64,000 bases of DNA from Eledone cirrhosa (lineage: Eukaryota): positions 52,142,001-52,206,000 of the forward strand of contig OZ024743.1 of NCBI GenBank assembly GCA_964016885.1, written 5' to 3'. Both the position numbers and the translations under genes were made by a program. Below are positions 37,939-52,360 of the stretch, piece by piece (position 1 is the stretch's first letter; every line of letters begins with the position of its first letter). The notes beneath the pieces are model-generated. The model was not told where the DNA came from. It saw only the letters and a program-made list of their open reading frames with translations, and ran no database searches.

Positions 37939-38324
37939 CTGGACAATAATACACAGTAAAGCAAAATGTTTCAGAGTGGAATGGTGACACTTTGTGGTCT
38001 TATTTTACTTTGGTAGTTTGACAGGGCTGGAATTATGTGGGTATCAGCTGGCAAATGAGGATGGAATGGCAGGGTGTGTATATATCTTACTTGTGTACAT
38101 ACATATCATTATGCATGTTATATGTACATTATCATCATCATCACATATGTTATTACAAACAGCAAGTGAAATGAAATGTAAAAAAAAATTCAAAAATATA
38201 GCAAAACAAATCAAACAATAACTCATCCCCCACCAACCTAATACCCACCTCACCACCCCTACAACCCACCCCACAAACATAAAAACCCTCAGAAACCCCT
38301 AAAAAATAATTCAAAACAACTGAC

Positions 38325-38382
38325 CTCATTTTCAAATTTGGAGAGGTTACTGACACTGTTGGTTAAATTGTTGTAGAGTGAC
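38325..38382 (-). CDS. TTLL5: TTLL5 probable small exon
   Basis: TTTCAG|...GAG|GTCAGT, phase 2 to 0, which is the phase change required to join its neighbours. SLYNNLTNSVSNLSKFENE; poorly conserved region. Confidence 0.7.
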
Positions 38383-38404
38383 CTGAAATGGTGAGATGTA
38401 GGTT

Positions 38405-38915
38405 TTAGTGGTAGTGGTGGTGGTGGTAGTAGTGACGGTGATTGTGGGTGGGGGGGGGGTTAGTGGTGATGGTGGTGGTGGTGGTGGTAGTGGTGGTGAT
38501 GGTGGTAGTGGTGATGGTGGTAGTGGTAGTGATGGTGGTAGTGATGGTGGTGGTAGTGGTGGTGGTAGTGGTGGTAGTGGTAGTGGTGGTGGTAGTGATG
38601 GTGGTAGTAGTGGTGGTGGTGGTGGTGGTAGGGTTAGTGGTGGTGGTGATGGTGGTAATAGTAGTGGTAGTGGTGGTGGTGTTGACGGTGGTGGCAGGAG
38701 CAACTTACTGATCATGTCATTACATTAATATCATAGAGAGGGGAAAAGAGAGGGGGAGAGGGAGGGGAGAAGAGAGGGTGAGGAAGGGGAGAGAGAGGGG
38801 GAGAGAGAGGGTGAGAGAGAGGGGAGAAGGGAGTGTGAGAGAGAGAGAAGGGAGTGCGAGAGAGAAGGGAGTGTGAGAGAGAGAAGAGAGGGTGAGAGGG
38901 GGTGAGAGAGAGGGA
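38405..38915. repeat. (GGT)n followed by a (GA/GGA)n low-complexity tract
   Basis: Direct inspection. Confidence 0.93.
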
Positions 38916-39039
38916 TTGATTAATTGTGAAACTGAAAGACTTACTTGGTGCGAGATCCAAGGGAGTTAATCGGTGTCAGACATTTGTACATCATAGCTTT
39001 ATGCCTTGAGAAGTGGAAATACAGGAGTCTAATAATGAT

Positions 39040-40140
39040 TTCATTTATTGGCCACAAGGGCCGACATATAGGGGACAATACAAAAGACTGGGACAGTGGG
39101 GTTTTACAGAAAAATCGAGTAAACAATATGAATAACAATAACAAAGTAACAAGAAAAATTCAACAAGAAAAATTCCCCAATAGGGGGGATGACCACCCAG
39201 GGTTCGCTCAGGTACCCCACCAATCCTGAATGACCCGATGCTTCGAGAGCACCCTGGAAGGGCACCCCTCTCCTCCTCAAATTTACCCACCTACAGGCGC
39301 ATGACCAGAGTAGGCCCACTCACACGGGCCATTCTCGCCACATTCACCCACCTTTCAGCAAATGTACTGGGGGTCAGCACTTCTCTCTCCACCTTGACCT
39401 TCCTTTCTAAGTGAAACTTGAAAACGTTGATGAGGGATTGGCTGAAGAGAAAAGTGTCTGTCTTCAGTCCTTTCAGCCTCGTCCACCATACAACTTCTTT
39501 CGCTACTGCCACCAGACAGAGGAAAATTGCTTGCCTTTTCTGGCCAAAAGAAGGTGGCGGGTCGATCTTCCCTATGGACTCGCCCGATAGCCGGATCCAT
39601 TCTACACGCGACAACAGCTGTTCAACATAACTCCACAAGTCAGTAATGCACGGACACTGGACGAGTGCATGCAGAATGGTTTCATCGCTCTGCGCCTATC
39701 TCGGGCAGGTCCATCCGACAGCACTTCCATGCCTGTAGAGTTTATCTCGAACCAACAGTGCCCCCTGTTAGCACTGCCAAGCGAGGGATTTTTGGAAAAT
39801 ATCCATCGTCCCCGGCTCGAAAGTCCTCCGGAACTGACTAGTTAGTTCGACTTCATCGACTCCCAGAGCCTTTCCGAGTGTATCGTTGCACTTGCCCACC
39901 ACTAATCCTCTATAGAACTCGAGAGTGGAAGTTCCACTGACGGCATTGCCTGCCTGGTAGAGGGCAGTGAGTGCCTGGCAACATTCCAGATGCCAGTCAG
40001 TCAGTCTTGGTCTCTTCTTGACCCAGGACTGCAGCTCAGTCAAACAGACGAGTTGCGGAAAAGGCCCGTCTGACAAACAGCGACCACACCTGTTCACCGT
40101 TTAGGCAGAATATCTGGAGATGCCGCAGCCTCAACGCTAC
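39040..40140 (-). mobile_element. Tx1/L1-like LINE 3' fragment, divergent subfamily
   Basis: FQKSLAWQC...ETILHALVQCPCITDLWSYVEQLLSRVE...ERWVNVARMARV; ends GGCCAATAAATGAAATCATTATTAG. Confidence 0.82.
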
Positions 40141-40249
40141 TGTTGCTAAACGTGAGATGATCAGAGAAGATTGATTGCATCAGGAAATTGTGCTCAACAT
40201 CAAGGAGGGGAAACATCAAAGTTGAATAAAGAGGTAATGGAGTTGGGAC

Positions 40250-42677
40250 TTGGGGTGTAAGGTGTTTAGTGGAGTGTAGATGTTTAGTGGAGTGTAAAGT
40301 GTTTAGTGGAGTGTAAGTGTTTAGTGGAGTGTAAGTGTTTAGTGTGGTGTAAGGTGTTTAGTGGAGTGTAAGGTGTTTAGTGTGGTGTAAGGTGTTTAGT
40401 GGAGTGTAAGGTTTTTAGTGGAGTGTAAGGTTTTTAGTGGAGTGTAAGGTGTTTAGTGGGATGTAAGGTGTTTAGTGGAGTGTAAGGTGTTTAGTGGAGT
40501 GTAAGGTGTTTAGTGGAGTGTAAGGTGTTTAGTGGGATGTAAGGTGTTTAGTGGAGTGTAAGGTGTTTAGTGGAGTGTAGATGTTTAGTGGGATGTAAGG
40601 TGTTTAGTGGGATGTAAGGTGTTTAGTGGAGTGTAAGTGTTTAGTGTGGTGTAAGGTGTTTAGTGGAGTGTAAGGTGTTTAGTGGAGTGTAAGGTGTTTA
40701 GTGGAGTGTAGATGTTTAGTGGGATGTAAGGTGTTTAGTGGAGAGTAGGTGTTTAGTGGAGAGTAAAGTGTTTAGTGGAGTGTAAGGTGTTTAGTGTGGT
40801 GTAAGGTGTTTAGTGGAGTGTAAGGTGTTTAGTGGAGTGTAGATTTTTAGTGGGGTGTAAGATGTTTAGTGGAGTGTAAGTTGTTTAGTGGAGTGTAAGG
40901 TGTTTAGTAGGATGTAAGGTGTTTAGTGGAGTGTAAGGTGGTTAGTGGGGTGTAAGGTGTTTAGTGTAGTGTAAGGTGTTTAGTGGAGTGTAAGGTCTTT
41001 AGTGGGGTGTAAGGTCTTTAGTGGGGTGTAAGGTCTTTAGTGGGATGTAAGGTGTTTAGTGGAGAGTAGGTGTTTAGTGGGATGTAAGGTCTTTAGTGGG
41101 GTGTAGGTGTTTAGTGGGATGTAAGGTGTTTAGTGGAGAGTAGGTGTTTAGTGGGATGTAAGGTCTTTAGTGGAGTGTAGGTGTTTAGTGGGATGTAAGG
41201 TGTTTAGTGGAGAGTAGGTGTTTAGTGGGATGTAAGGTCTTTAGTGGAGTGTAGGTGTTTAGTGGGAGGCGTTTAGTCGAGTGTAAGTCGTTTAGTGGGA
41301 TGTAAGGTGTTTAGTGGAGAGTAGGTGTTTAGTGGGATGTAAGGTGTTTAGTGGAGAGTAGGTGTTTAGTGGGATGTAAGGTGTTTAGTCAAGTGTAAGG
41401 TGTTTAGTGGGAGGCGTTTAGTCGAGTGTAAGTCGTTTAGTGGGATGTAAGGTGTTTAGTGGAGTGTAAGGTGTTTAGAGGAGTGTAAGGTGTTTAGTGG
41501 AGTGTAAGGTGTTTAGTGGAGTGTAAGGTGTGTAGTGGAGTGTAAGGTGTGTAGTGGAGTGTAAGGTGTGTAGTGGAGTGTAAGGTGTGTAGTGGAGGGT
41601 AAGGTGTGTAGTGGAGGGTAAGGTGTGTAGTGGAGGGTAAGGTGTGTAGTGGAGTGTAAGGTGTGTAGTGGAGGGTAAGGTGTGTAGTGGAGGGTAAGGT
41701 GTGTAGTGGAGGGTAAGGTGTGTAGTGGAGTGTAAGGTGTGTAGTGGAGGGTAAGGTGTGTAGTGGAGGGTAAGGTGTGTAGTGGAGGGTAAGGTGTGTA
41801 GTGGAGTGTAAGGTGTGTAGTGGAGGGTAAGGTGTGTAGTGGAGGGTAAGGTGTGTAGTGGAGTGTAAGGTGTGTAGTGGAGTGTAAGGTGTGTAGTGGA
41901 GGGTAAGGTGTGTAGTGGAGGGTAAGGTGTGTAGTGGAGGGTAAGGTGTGTAGTGGAGTGTAAGGTGTGTAGTGGAGGGTAAGGTGTGTAGTGGAGGGTA
42001 AGGTGTGTAGTGGAGGGTAAGGTGTGTAGTGGAGTGTAAGGTGTGTAGTGGAGGGTAAGGTGTGTAGTGGAGGGTAAGGTGTGTAGTGGAGGGTAAGGTG
42101 TGTAGTGGAGTGTAAGGTGTGTAGTGGAGGGTAAGGTGTGTAGTGGAGGGTAAGGTGTGTAGTGGAGTGTAAGGTGTGTAGTGGAGGGTAAGGTGTGTAG
42201 TGGAGGGTAAGGTGTGTAGTGGAGTGTAAGGTGTGTAGTGGAGGGTAAGGTGTGTAGTGGAGGGTAAGGTGTGTAGTGGAGTGTAAGGTGTGTAGTGGAG
42301 TGTAAGGTGTGTAGTGGAGGGTAAGGTGTGTAGTGGAGGGTAAGGTGTGTAGTGGAGGGTAAGGTGTGTAGTGGAGTGTAAGGTGTGTAGTGGAGGGTAA
42401 GGTGTGTAGTGGAGGGTAAGGTGTGTAGTGGAGGGTAAGGTGTGTAGTGGAGTGTAAGGTGTGTAGTGGAGGGTAAGGTGTGTAGTGGAGGGTAAGGTGT
42501 GTAGTGGAGTGTAAGGTGTGTAGTGGAGGGTAAGGTGTGTAGTGGAGGGTAAGGTGTGTAGTGGAGTGTAAGGTGTGTAGTGGAGGGTAAGGTGTGTAGT
42601 GGAGGGTAAGGTGTGTAGTGGAGTGTAAGGTGTGTAGTGGAGGGTAAGGTGTGTAGTGGAGGGTAAGGTGTTTAGTG
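40250..42677. repeat. 19-bp satellite gtaaggtgt(t/g)tagtggag(t/g)
   Basis: 19-nt period; degenerate over 40250-41510 and homogeneous over 41510-42670. Confidence 0.97.
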
Positions 42678-42753
42678 AATATAAACCTACTCATAGATAC
42701 CACATTGGTAATGGAGACGTTTGATAAAGTAAGATGGTAAAAATGTTGCAAAC

Positions 42754-42816
42754 CTTTGAGGATAAAGTCGTTGGTGCAACATCAAATTATGTGTTGTAGA
42801 GAATTGCAGGAAAGGC
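42754..42816 (-). CDS. TTLL5: TTLL5 small exon between two satellites
   Basis: TTCCAG|...AG|GTTTGC (weak donor), phase 2 to 2. PFLQFSTTHNLMLHQRLYPQR (compare [20 protein letters not shown]). Confidence 0.85.
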
Positions 42817-43169
42817 CTGGAATAAACAAATAATAATCTCTATATATGTTGTCTTTTACTGGTTTCGTGGGTTATGTGAGAGTTTAGATATGGTGGAAGG
42901 GATGGGAGGGAGAGATGATAGAGGTGAGGCAGAGGGTGGTGGGGAGATGATAGAGGTTAGGCAGAGGGGTGGGAAGGGAGATGATAGAGGTGAGGCAGAG
43001 GGGGAGCTGGGGAGATGATAGGTGAGGCAGGGGGGGGGGGGGGTAGATGGTAGAGGTGAGGAAGAGGGAGGGATGATAGAGTGGGAGGGACAGATGATGG
43101 AGGAGTGGAAGAAGGAGGGAGAAGGGGGAGAATTATACCAGAAACTGATAGCAATAAGGATGTTAGCTA

Positions 43170-46100
43170 ATGTCATATACACCAGTGTCATATACACCAG
43201 TGTCATATACACGACAGTGTCATATACACCCGTGTCATATACACCTCAGTGTTATATACACCAGTATCATATACACCACAGTGTCATATATACCAGTGTC
43301 ATATGCACCAGTGTCATATACACCAGTGTCATACACACCAGTGTCATATACACCAGTGTCATAACACCACTGTGTCATATATACCACAGTGTCATATATA
43401 CCATTGTCATATACACCACAGTGTCATATACACCACAGTGTCATATACACCACAGTGTCATATACACCACAGTGTCATATACACCACAGTGTCATATACA
43501 CCACAGTGTCATATATACCAGTGTCATACACACCAGTGTCATATACACCAGTGTCATATACACCACAGTGTCATATACACCACGGTGTCATATACACAAC
43601 AGAGTCATATATACCACAGTGTCATATACACCAGTGTTATATACACCAGTGTCATACACACCAGTGTCATATACACCACAGTGTCATATACACCACAGTG
43701 TCATATACACCAGTGTCATAAACACAACAGTGCCATAGACACCACAGTGTCATAGACACCAGTGTCATATACACCAGAGTGTTATACACACCAGTTTCAT
43801 ACACACCACAGTGTCATATACACCACAGTGTCATATACACCAGAATCATATACACCAGAGTGTCATAGATACCAGTGTCATATACACCACAGTGTCATAT
43901 ACACCACAGTGTCATATACACCACAGTGTCATATACACCACAGTGTCATATACACAACAGAGTCATATATACCACAGTGTCATATATACCAGTGTTATAT
44001 ACACCAGTGTCATACACACCAGTGTCATATACACCACAGTGTCATATACACCACAGTGTCATATACACCAGTGTCATATACACAACAGTGCCATATACAT
44101 CACAGTTTCATATAAACCACAGTGTCATATACACCAGTGTCATATACACCAGAGTCATATACACCAGAGTATCATAGATACCAGTGTCATATACACCACA
44201 GTGACATATACACCACAGTGTCATATACACCAGTGTTATATACACCAGTGTCATATACACCACAGTGTCATATATACCAGTGTCATATACACCAGTGTCA
44301 TACACACCACTGTGTCATATACACCAGTGTCATATACACCATTGTCATATACCACAGTGTCATATACACCACAGTGTCATATATACCAGTGTCATATATA
44401 CCACAGTGTCATATACACCACAGTGTCATATACACCACAGTGTCATATACACAACATTGTCATATACACCAGTGTCATATACGCCAGTGTCATATACACC
44501 ACAGTGTCATATACACCAGTGTCATATACATCACAGTGTCATATACACCACTGTGTCATATAAACCGGTGTCATATACACCATTGTCATATACACGAAGT
44601 TTCATATACACCACGGTGTCATATACACCACAGTGTCATATACACCAGTGTCATACACACCACAGTGTCATATACACCACAGTGTCATATACAACACAGT
44701 GTCATATACACCAGTGTCATATACACCATTGTCATATACACCAGTGTCATATACACCAGTGTCATATACACCACAGTGTCACATACACCAGTGTCATATA
44801 CACCACAGTGTCATATACACCTGTGTCATATACACCACAGTGTCATATACACCACAGTGTCATATACACCACAGTTACATATACACCACTGTGTCATATA
44901 CACAACAGTGTCATCTACGACAGTGTCATATACACCAATAGTATCATATACACCAGTGTCATATACACCACAGTGTCATATACACCACAGTCTCATATAA
45001 ACCAGGCCCATATACATCAGTGTCATATACACCACAGTGTCATATACACTACAGAGACATATATACCAGTGTCATATAAACCACAGTGTTATATATACCA
45101 GTGTCATATACACCACAGTGTCATATACACCTGTGTCATATACACCACAGTGTCATATATACCAGTGTCATATACACCAGTGTCGTATATACCACAGTGT
45201 CATATATACCACAGTGTCATATATACACCAGTGTCATATTCACCAGTGTCATATACAGCACAGTGTCATATACACCACAGTGTCATATACACCACAGTGT
45301 CATATACACCGGTGTCATATATACCACAGTGTCATGCATACCACAGTGACATATACACCACAGTGTCATATACACCACAGTGTCATATATACCAGTGTCA
45401 TATACACCACAGTATCATATACACCACAGTGTCATATACACCAGTGACATATACACCACAGTGTCATATACACCACAGTGTCATATACACCACAGTGTCA
45501 TATACACCAGTGTCATATATACCAGTTTCATATACACCACAGTGTCATATACACCACAGTGTCATACATACCACAGTGACATATACACCACAGTGTCATA
45601 CATACCACAGTGACATATACACCACAGTGTCATATAAACCACAGTGTCATATACACACAGTGTCATATACACCAGTGTCATATATAACACAGTGTCATAT
45701 ACACCACAGTGTCATATACACCACAATGTCATATACACCACAGTGCCATATACACCACAGTGTCATATACACCACAGTCTCATATCCACCAGTGTCATAT
45801 ACACCAGTGTCATATACACCACAGTCTCATATAAACCAGGCCCATATACTTCAGTGTCATATACACCAGTGTCATATACACCACAGTGTCATATACACTA
45901 CAGAGACATATATACCAGTGTCATATAAACCACAGTGTTATATATACCAGTGTCATATACACCACAGTGTCATATACACCTGTGTCATATATACCAGTGT
46001 CATATACACCAGTGTCATATATACCACAGTGTCATATACACCAGTGTCATATACACCAGTGTCATATACACCACAGTGTCATATACACCACAGTGTCATA

Positions 46101-49100
46101 TACACCACAGTGTCATATACACCACAGTGTCATATACACCACAGTGTCATATACACCACAGTGTCATATACACCACAGTGTCATATACACACAGTGTCAT
46201 ATACACACAGTGTCATATACACCGGTGTCATATATACCACAGTTTCATATACACCACAGTGTCATACATACCACAGTGACATATACACCACAGTGTCATA
46301 CATACCACAGTGACATATACACCACAGTGTCATATACACCACAGTGTCATATATACCAGTGTCATATACACCACAGTATCATATACACCACAGTGTCATA
46401 TACACCACAGTGTCATATACACCACAGTGTCATATACACCACAGTGTCATATACACCACAGTGTCATATACACCTGTGTCATATATACCACAGTTTCATA
46501 TACACCACAGTGTCATATACACCACAGTGTCATATACACCAGAGTGACATATACACCACAGTGTCATACATACCACAGTGACATATACACCACAGTGTCA
46601 TATAAACCACAGTGTCATATACACACAGTGTCATATACACCAGTGTCATATATAACACAGTGTCATATACACCACAGTGTCATATACACCACAGTGTCAT
46701 ATACACCACAGTGTCATATACACCACAGTGTCATATACACCACAGTGTCATATACACCACAGTCTCATATCCACCAGTGTCATATACACCAGTGTCATAT
46801 ACACCACAGTGTCATATACAGCACAGTGTCATCTACACCAGTGTCATATACACCACAGTATCATATACACCAGTGTCATATACACCACAGAGTCATATAC
46901 ACCACAGTCTCATATAAACCAGGCCCATATACATCAGTGTCATATACACCAGTGTCATATACACCACAGTGTCATATACACTACAGAGACATATATACCA
47001 GTGTCATATAAAGCACAGTGTTATATATACCAGTGTCATATACACCACAGTGTCATATACACCAGTGTTATATATACCACAGTGTCATATACAGCAAATT
47101 TTCATATACACCACAGTGTAATATACACCACAGTGTCATATACACCACAGTGTCATATACACCAGTGTCATATACACCACAGTGTCATATACACCACAGT
47201 GTCATACATACCACAGTGACATATACACCACAGTGTCATAATACCACAGTGACATATACACCACAGTGTCATATAAACCACAGTGTCATATACACACAGT
47301 GTCATATACACCAGTGTCATATATAACACAGTGTGGTGTATATGACACTGGTGTATATGACACTGTGTTATATATGACACTGGTGTATATGACACTGTGG
47401 TGTATATGACACTGGTGTATATGACAGTGTCATATACACCACAGTGTCATATACACCACAGTGTCATATACACCACAGTGTCAGATACACCAGTGTCATA
47501 TACACCAGTTTCATATACACCAGTGTCATATACACCAGTGTCATACACACCACTGTGTCATATACACCACTGTCATATACACCACTTTCATACACACCAC
47601 AGTGTCATATACACCAGTGTTATATATACCACAGTGTCATATACAGCAAATTTTCATATACACCACAGTGTAATATACACCACAGTGTCATATACGCCAC
47701 AGTGTCATATACACCAGTGTCATATACACCACAGTGTCATATACCCCAGTGTCATATACACCACAGTGTCATACACCACAGTGTCATACACGCCACAGTG
47801 TCATACACACCACAGTGTCATACACACCAGTGTGATATACACCACAGTATCATCTACACTAGTGTCATATACACCACAGTGACATATACACCACAGAGAC
47901 ATATATACCACAGATATATATATACCAGTGTCATATACACCACAGTCTCATATACACCAGTCTCATATACATTAGTATCATATACACCACAGTGTCATAT
48001 ACACCACAGTGTCATATATACCAGTGTCATATACACCACAGTATCATATACACCACAGTGTCATATACACCAGTGTCATATACACCACAGTGTCATATAC
48101 ACCAGCGTCATATATACCACAGTTGCATATACACCACAGTGTCATATACACCACAGTGTCATACATACCACAGTGACATACATACCACAGTGACATATAC
48201 ACCACAGTGTCATACATACCACAGTGACATATACACCACAGTGTCATATAAACCACAGTGTCATATACACACAGTGTCATATACACACAGTGTCATATAT
48301 AACACAGTGTCATATACACCAGTGTCATTTACACCACAGTGTCATATACACCACAGTGTCATATACACCACAGTGTCATATACACCACAGTGTCATATAC
48401 ACCACAGTGTCATATACACCAGTGTCATATACACCAGTGTCATATACACCAGTGTCATATACACCAGTGTCATATACACCAGTGTCATATACACCAGTGT
48501 CATACACACCACTGTGTCATATACACCACTGTCATATACACCAGTTTCATACACACCACAGTGTCATATACACCAGTGTTATATATACCACAGTGTCATA
48601 TACAGCAAATTTTCATATACACCACAGTGTAATATACAGCAAATTTTCATATACACCACAGTGTAATATACACCACAGTGTCATATACACCACAGTGTCA
48701 TATACACCAGTGTCATATACACCACAGTGTCATATACCCCAGTGTCATATACACCACAGTGTCATACACCACAGTGTCATACACGCCACAGTGTCATACA
48801 CACCACAGTGTCATATACACTAGTGTGATATACACCACAGTATCATCTACACTAGTGTCATATACACCACAGTGACATATACACCACAGAGACATATATA
48901 CCACAGAGATATATATACCAGTGTCATATACACCACAGTTTCATATACACCAGTCTCATATACATTAGTATCATATACACCAGTGTCATATACACCACAG
49001 TGTCATATATACCAGTGTCATATACATCAGTGTCATATACACCTGTGTCATATAGACCACAGTGTCATATATACCAGTGTCATATACACCACAGTGTCAT

Positions 49101-52100
49101 ATACACCACAGTGTCATATACACCACAGTGTCATATACACCAGTGTCATATACACCAGTGTCATATACACCAGTGTCATATACACCACAGTGTCATATAC
49201 ACCAGTGTCATATACACCACAGTGTCATACACGCCAAATTGTCATACACACCAATGTCATCTACACCAGTGTCATATACACCACGGTATCATCTATACCA
49301 GTGTCATATACACCACAGTATCATCTACACCAGTGTGATATACACCACAGTGTCATATACACCACAGAGACATATATACCAGTGTCATATACACCACAGT
49401 GTCATATACACCACAGTGTCATATACACCACAGTGTCATATACACCAGTGTCATATACACCACAGTCTCATACATACCACAGTGACATATACACCACTGT
49501 GTCATATACACCAGTGTCATATACACCAGTCTCATATACACCACAGTGTCATATACACCAGTGTCATATACGCCACAGTGTCATATACACCAGTGTCATA
49601 TACACCACAGTGTCATATACACCACAGTGTCACATACACCACAGTGTCATATACACCAGTGTCATATATACCACAGTTTCATATACACCACAGTGTCATA
49701 TACACCACAGTGTCATACATACCACAGTGACATATACACCACAGTGTCATACATACCACAGTGACATATACACCACATTGTCATATAAACCACAGTGTCA
49801 TATACACACAGTGTCATATACACCAGTGTCATATATACCACAGTGTCATATACACCAGTGTCATATACACCACAGTGTCATATACACTACAGTGTCATAT
49901 ACACCACAGTGTCATATGCACCACAGTGTCATATACACCACAGTGTCATATACACCACAGTGTAATATATACTAGTGTCATATACACCAGTATCATATAC
50001 ACCACAGTGTTGTATACACACAGTGTCATACACACCACAGTGTCATATACACCACAGTGTCATATACACCACAGTGTCATATACACCACAGTGTCATACA
50101 CACCACAGTGTCATATACACCACAGTGTCATATACACCACAGTGTCATATACACCACAGTGTCATATACACCAGTGTCATATACACCAGTATCATATACA
50201 CCACAGTGTCGTATACACACAGTGTCATATACACCAGTGTCATATATACCAAGGTTTCATATACACCAGTGTCATATACACCACAGTGTAATATATACTA
50301 GTGTCATATACACCAGTGTCATACACACCAGTGTCATATACACCACAGTGTCATATATACCAGTGTCATATACACCACAGTGTCATATACACCAATGTCA
50401 TATACACCGCAGTGTCATATACACCACAGTGTCATATACACCACAGTGTCATATACACCAATGTCATATACACCACAGTGTCATATACACCACAGTGTCA
50501 TATACACCACAGTGTCATATACACCACAGTGTCATATACACCACAGTGTCATACACACCACAGTGTCATATACACCACAGTGTCATATACACCACAGTGT
50601 CATACACACCACAGTGTCATACACACCACAGTGTCATACACACCACAATGTCATACACACCACAGTGTCATATACACCACAGTGTCATATACACCACAGT
50701 GTCATACACACCACAGTGTCATATACACCACAGTGTCATATACACCAGTGTCATATACACCAGTGTCATATACACCACAGTGTCGTATACACACAGTGTC
50801 ACATACACCAGTGTCATATATACCAAGGTTTCATATACACCAGTGTCATATAGACCACAGTGTCATATACACCACAGTGTCATATACACCACAGTGTCAT
50901 ACATGCCACAGTGACATATACACCAGTGTCATATACACCACAGTGTCATATACACCAGTGTCATATACACCAGTGTCATATACACCAGTGTCATATACAC
51001 CACAGTGTCGTATACACCACAGTGTCGTATACACACAGTGTCACATACACCAGTGTCATATATACCAAGGTTTCATATACACCAGTGTCATATAGACTAC
51101 AGTGTCATATACACCACAGTGTCATATACACCACAGTGTCATACATACCACAGTGACATATACACCAGTGTCATATACACCACAGTGTCATATACAGCAC
51201 AGTGTCATATATACCAGTGTCATATACACCACAGTGTCATATATACCACAGTGTCATATATACCACAGTGTCATATACACCACAGTCTCATATACACCAC
51301 AGTGTCATATACACCAGTGTCATATAAACCAGTGTCATATACATCAATGTCATATACACCAGTGTCATATACACCAGTGTCATATACACCCCAGTGTCAT
51401 ATACACCAGTGGCATATATACCACAGTGTCATATACACAACAGTGTCATATACACCAGTGTCATATACACCAATATCATATACACCACAGTGTCATATAC
51501 ACCAGTGTCATATATACCACAGTGTCATATACACCACAGTGTTATATACACCAGTGTTATATACACCACAGTGTTATATACACCACAGTGTTATATACAC
51601 CAGTGTCATATACACCACAGTGTCATATACACCAGTGTCATATACACCACAGTGTCATATACACCACAGTGTCATATACACCAGTGTCATATACACCACA
51701 GTGTCATATATACCAGTGTCATATATACCACAGTCATATATACCAGTGTCATATACATCACAGTGTCATATACACCAGTGTCATATACCACAGTGTCATA
51801 TACACCACTGTCATATACACCACTGTCATATACACCACAGTCATATACACCACAGTGTAATAATATACACCACAGTGTAATATACACCACTGTCATATAC
51901 ACCAGTGTCATATACACCACTGTCATATACACCAGTGTCATATACCACAGTGTCATATACACCACTGTCATATACACCACAGTGTAATATACACCACAGT
52001 GTAATATACACCAGTGTCATATACACCAGTGTCATATACACCAGTGTCATATACACCACTGTCATATACCACAGTGTCATATACACAAGTGTCATATACA

Positions 52101-52118
52101 CCAGTGTGATATACACCA
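43170..52118. repeat. About 9-kb satellite of mixed 15/17-bp units (cagtgtcatatacac / cacagtgtcatatacac)
   Basis: Direct inspection; includes an inverted block at 47332-47424. Confidence 0.98.
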
Positions 52119-52157
52119 TCTGATATCGTAGGAAAACAGAGTAAATGGATGACTTAC

Positions 52158-52360
52158 GAGTACAAATCCCAGGAATCTGGTGATGGAAACAAACGAATCC
52201 AACCTCCTTTCCGAGACTCCTCTTCTTTAACTCGTCTCACTATTTTGATTTCTTCGCTGTTCAACCCAGACATGCTGCGTCTTAAGTATCGACCATTACT
52301 GAAGTTGAGTGGTTGATTTGATGCCCCTCCAGTGGAGGCTGGACGGCGTTGCTGTGACTG
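52158..52360 (-). CDS. TTLL5: TTLL5 exon
   Basis: ATTCAG|...|GTAAGT, phase 0 to 2. QSQQRRPAST...GLNSEEIKIVRRVKEEESRKGGWIRLFPSPDSWDLYS (compare [24 protein letters not shown]). Confidence 0.94.

Noticed and set aside
38347-38715. Poly-Pro ORF running into exon 38382
   Set aside because: It is out of frame with the exon. It shows such tracts can be purely intronic, which tempers the 32006 hypothesis.
43022-52123. Many long His/Tyr/Thr-rich ORFs (up to 682 aa)
   Set aside because: Translations of the 15/17-bp satellite, open in several frames and antisense within an intron; no coding evidence.
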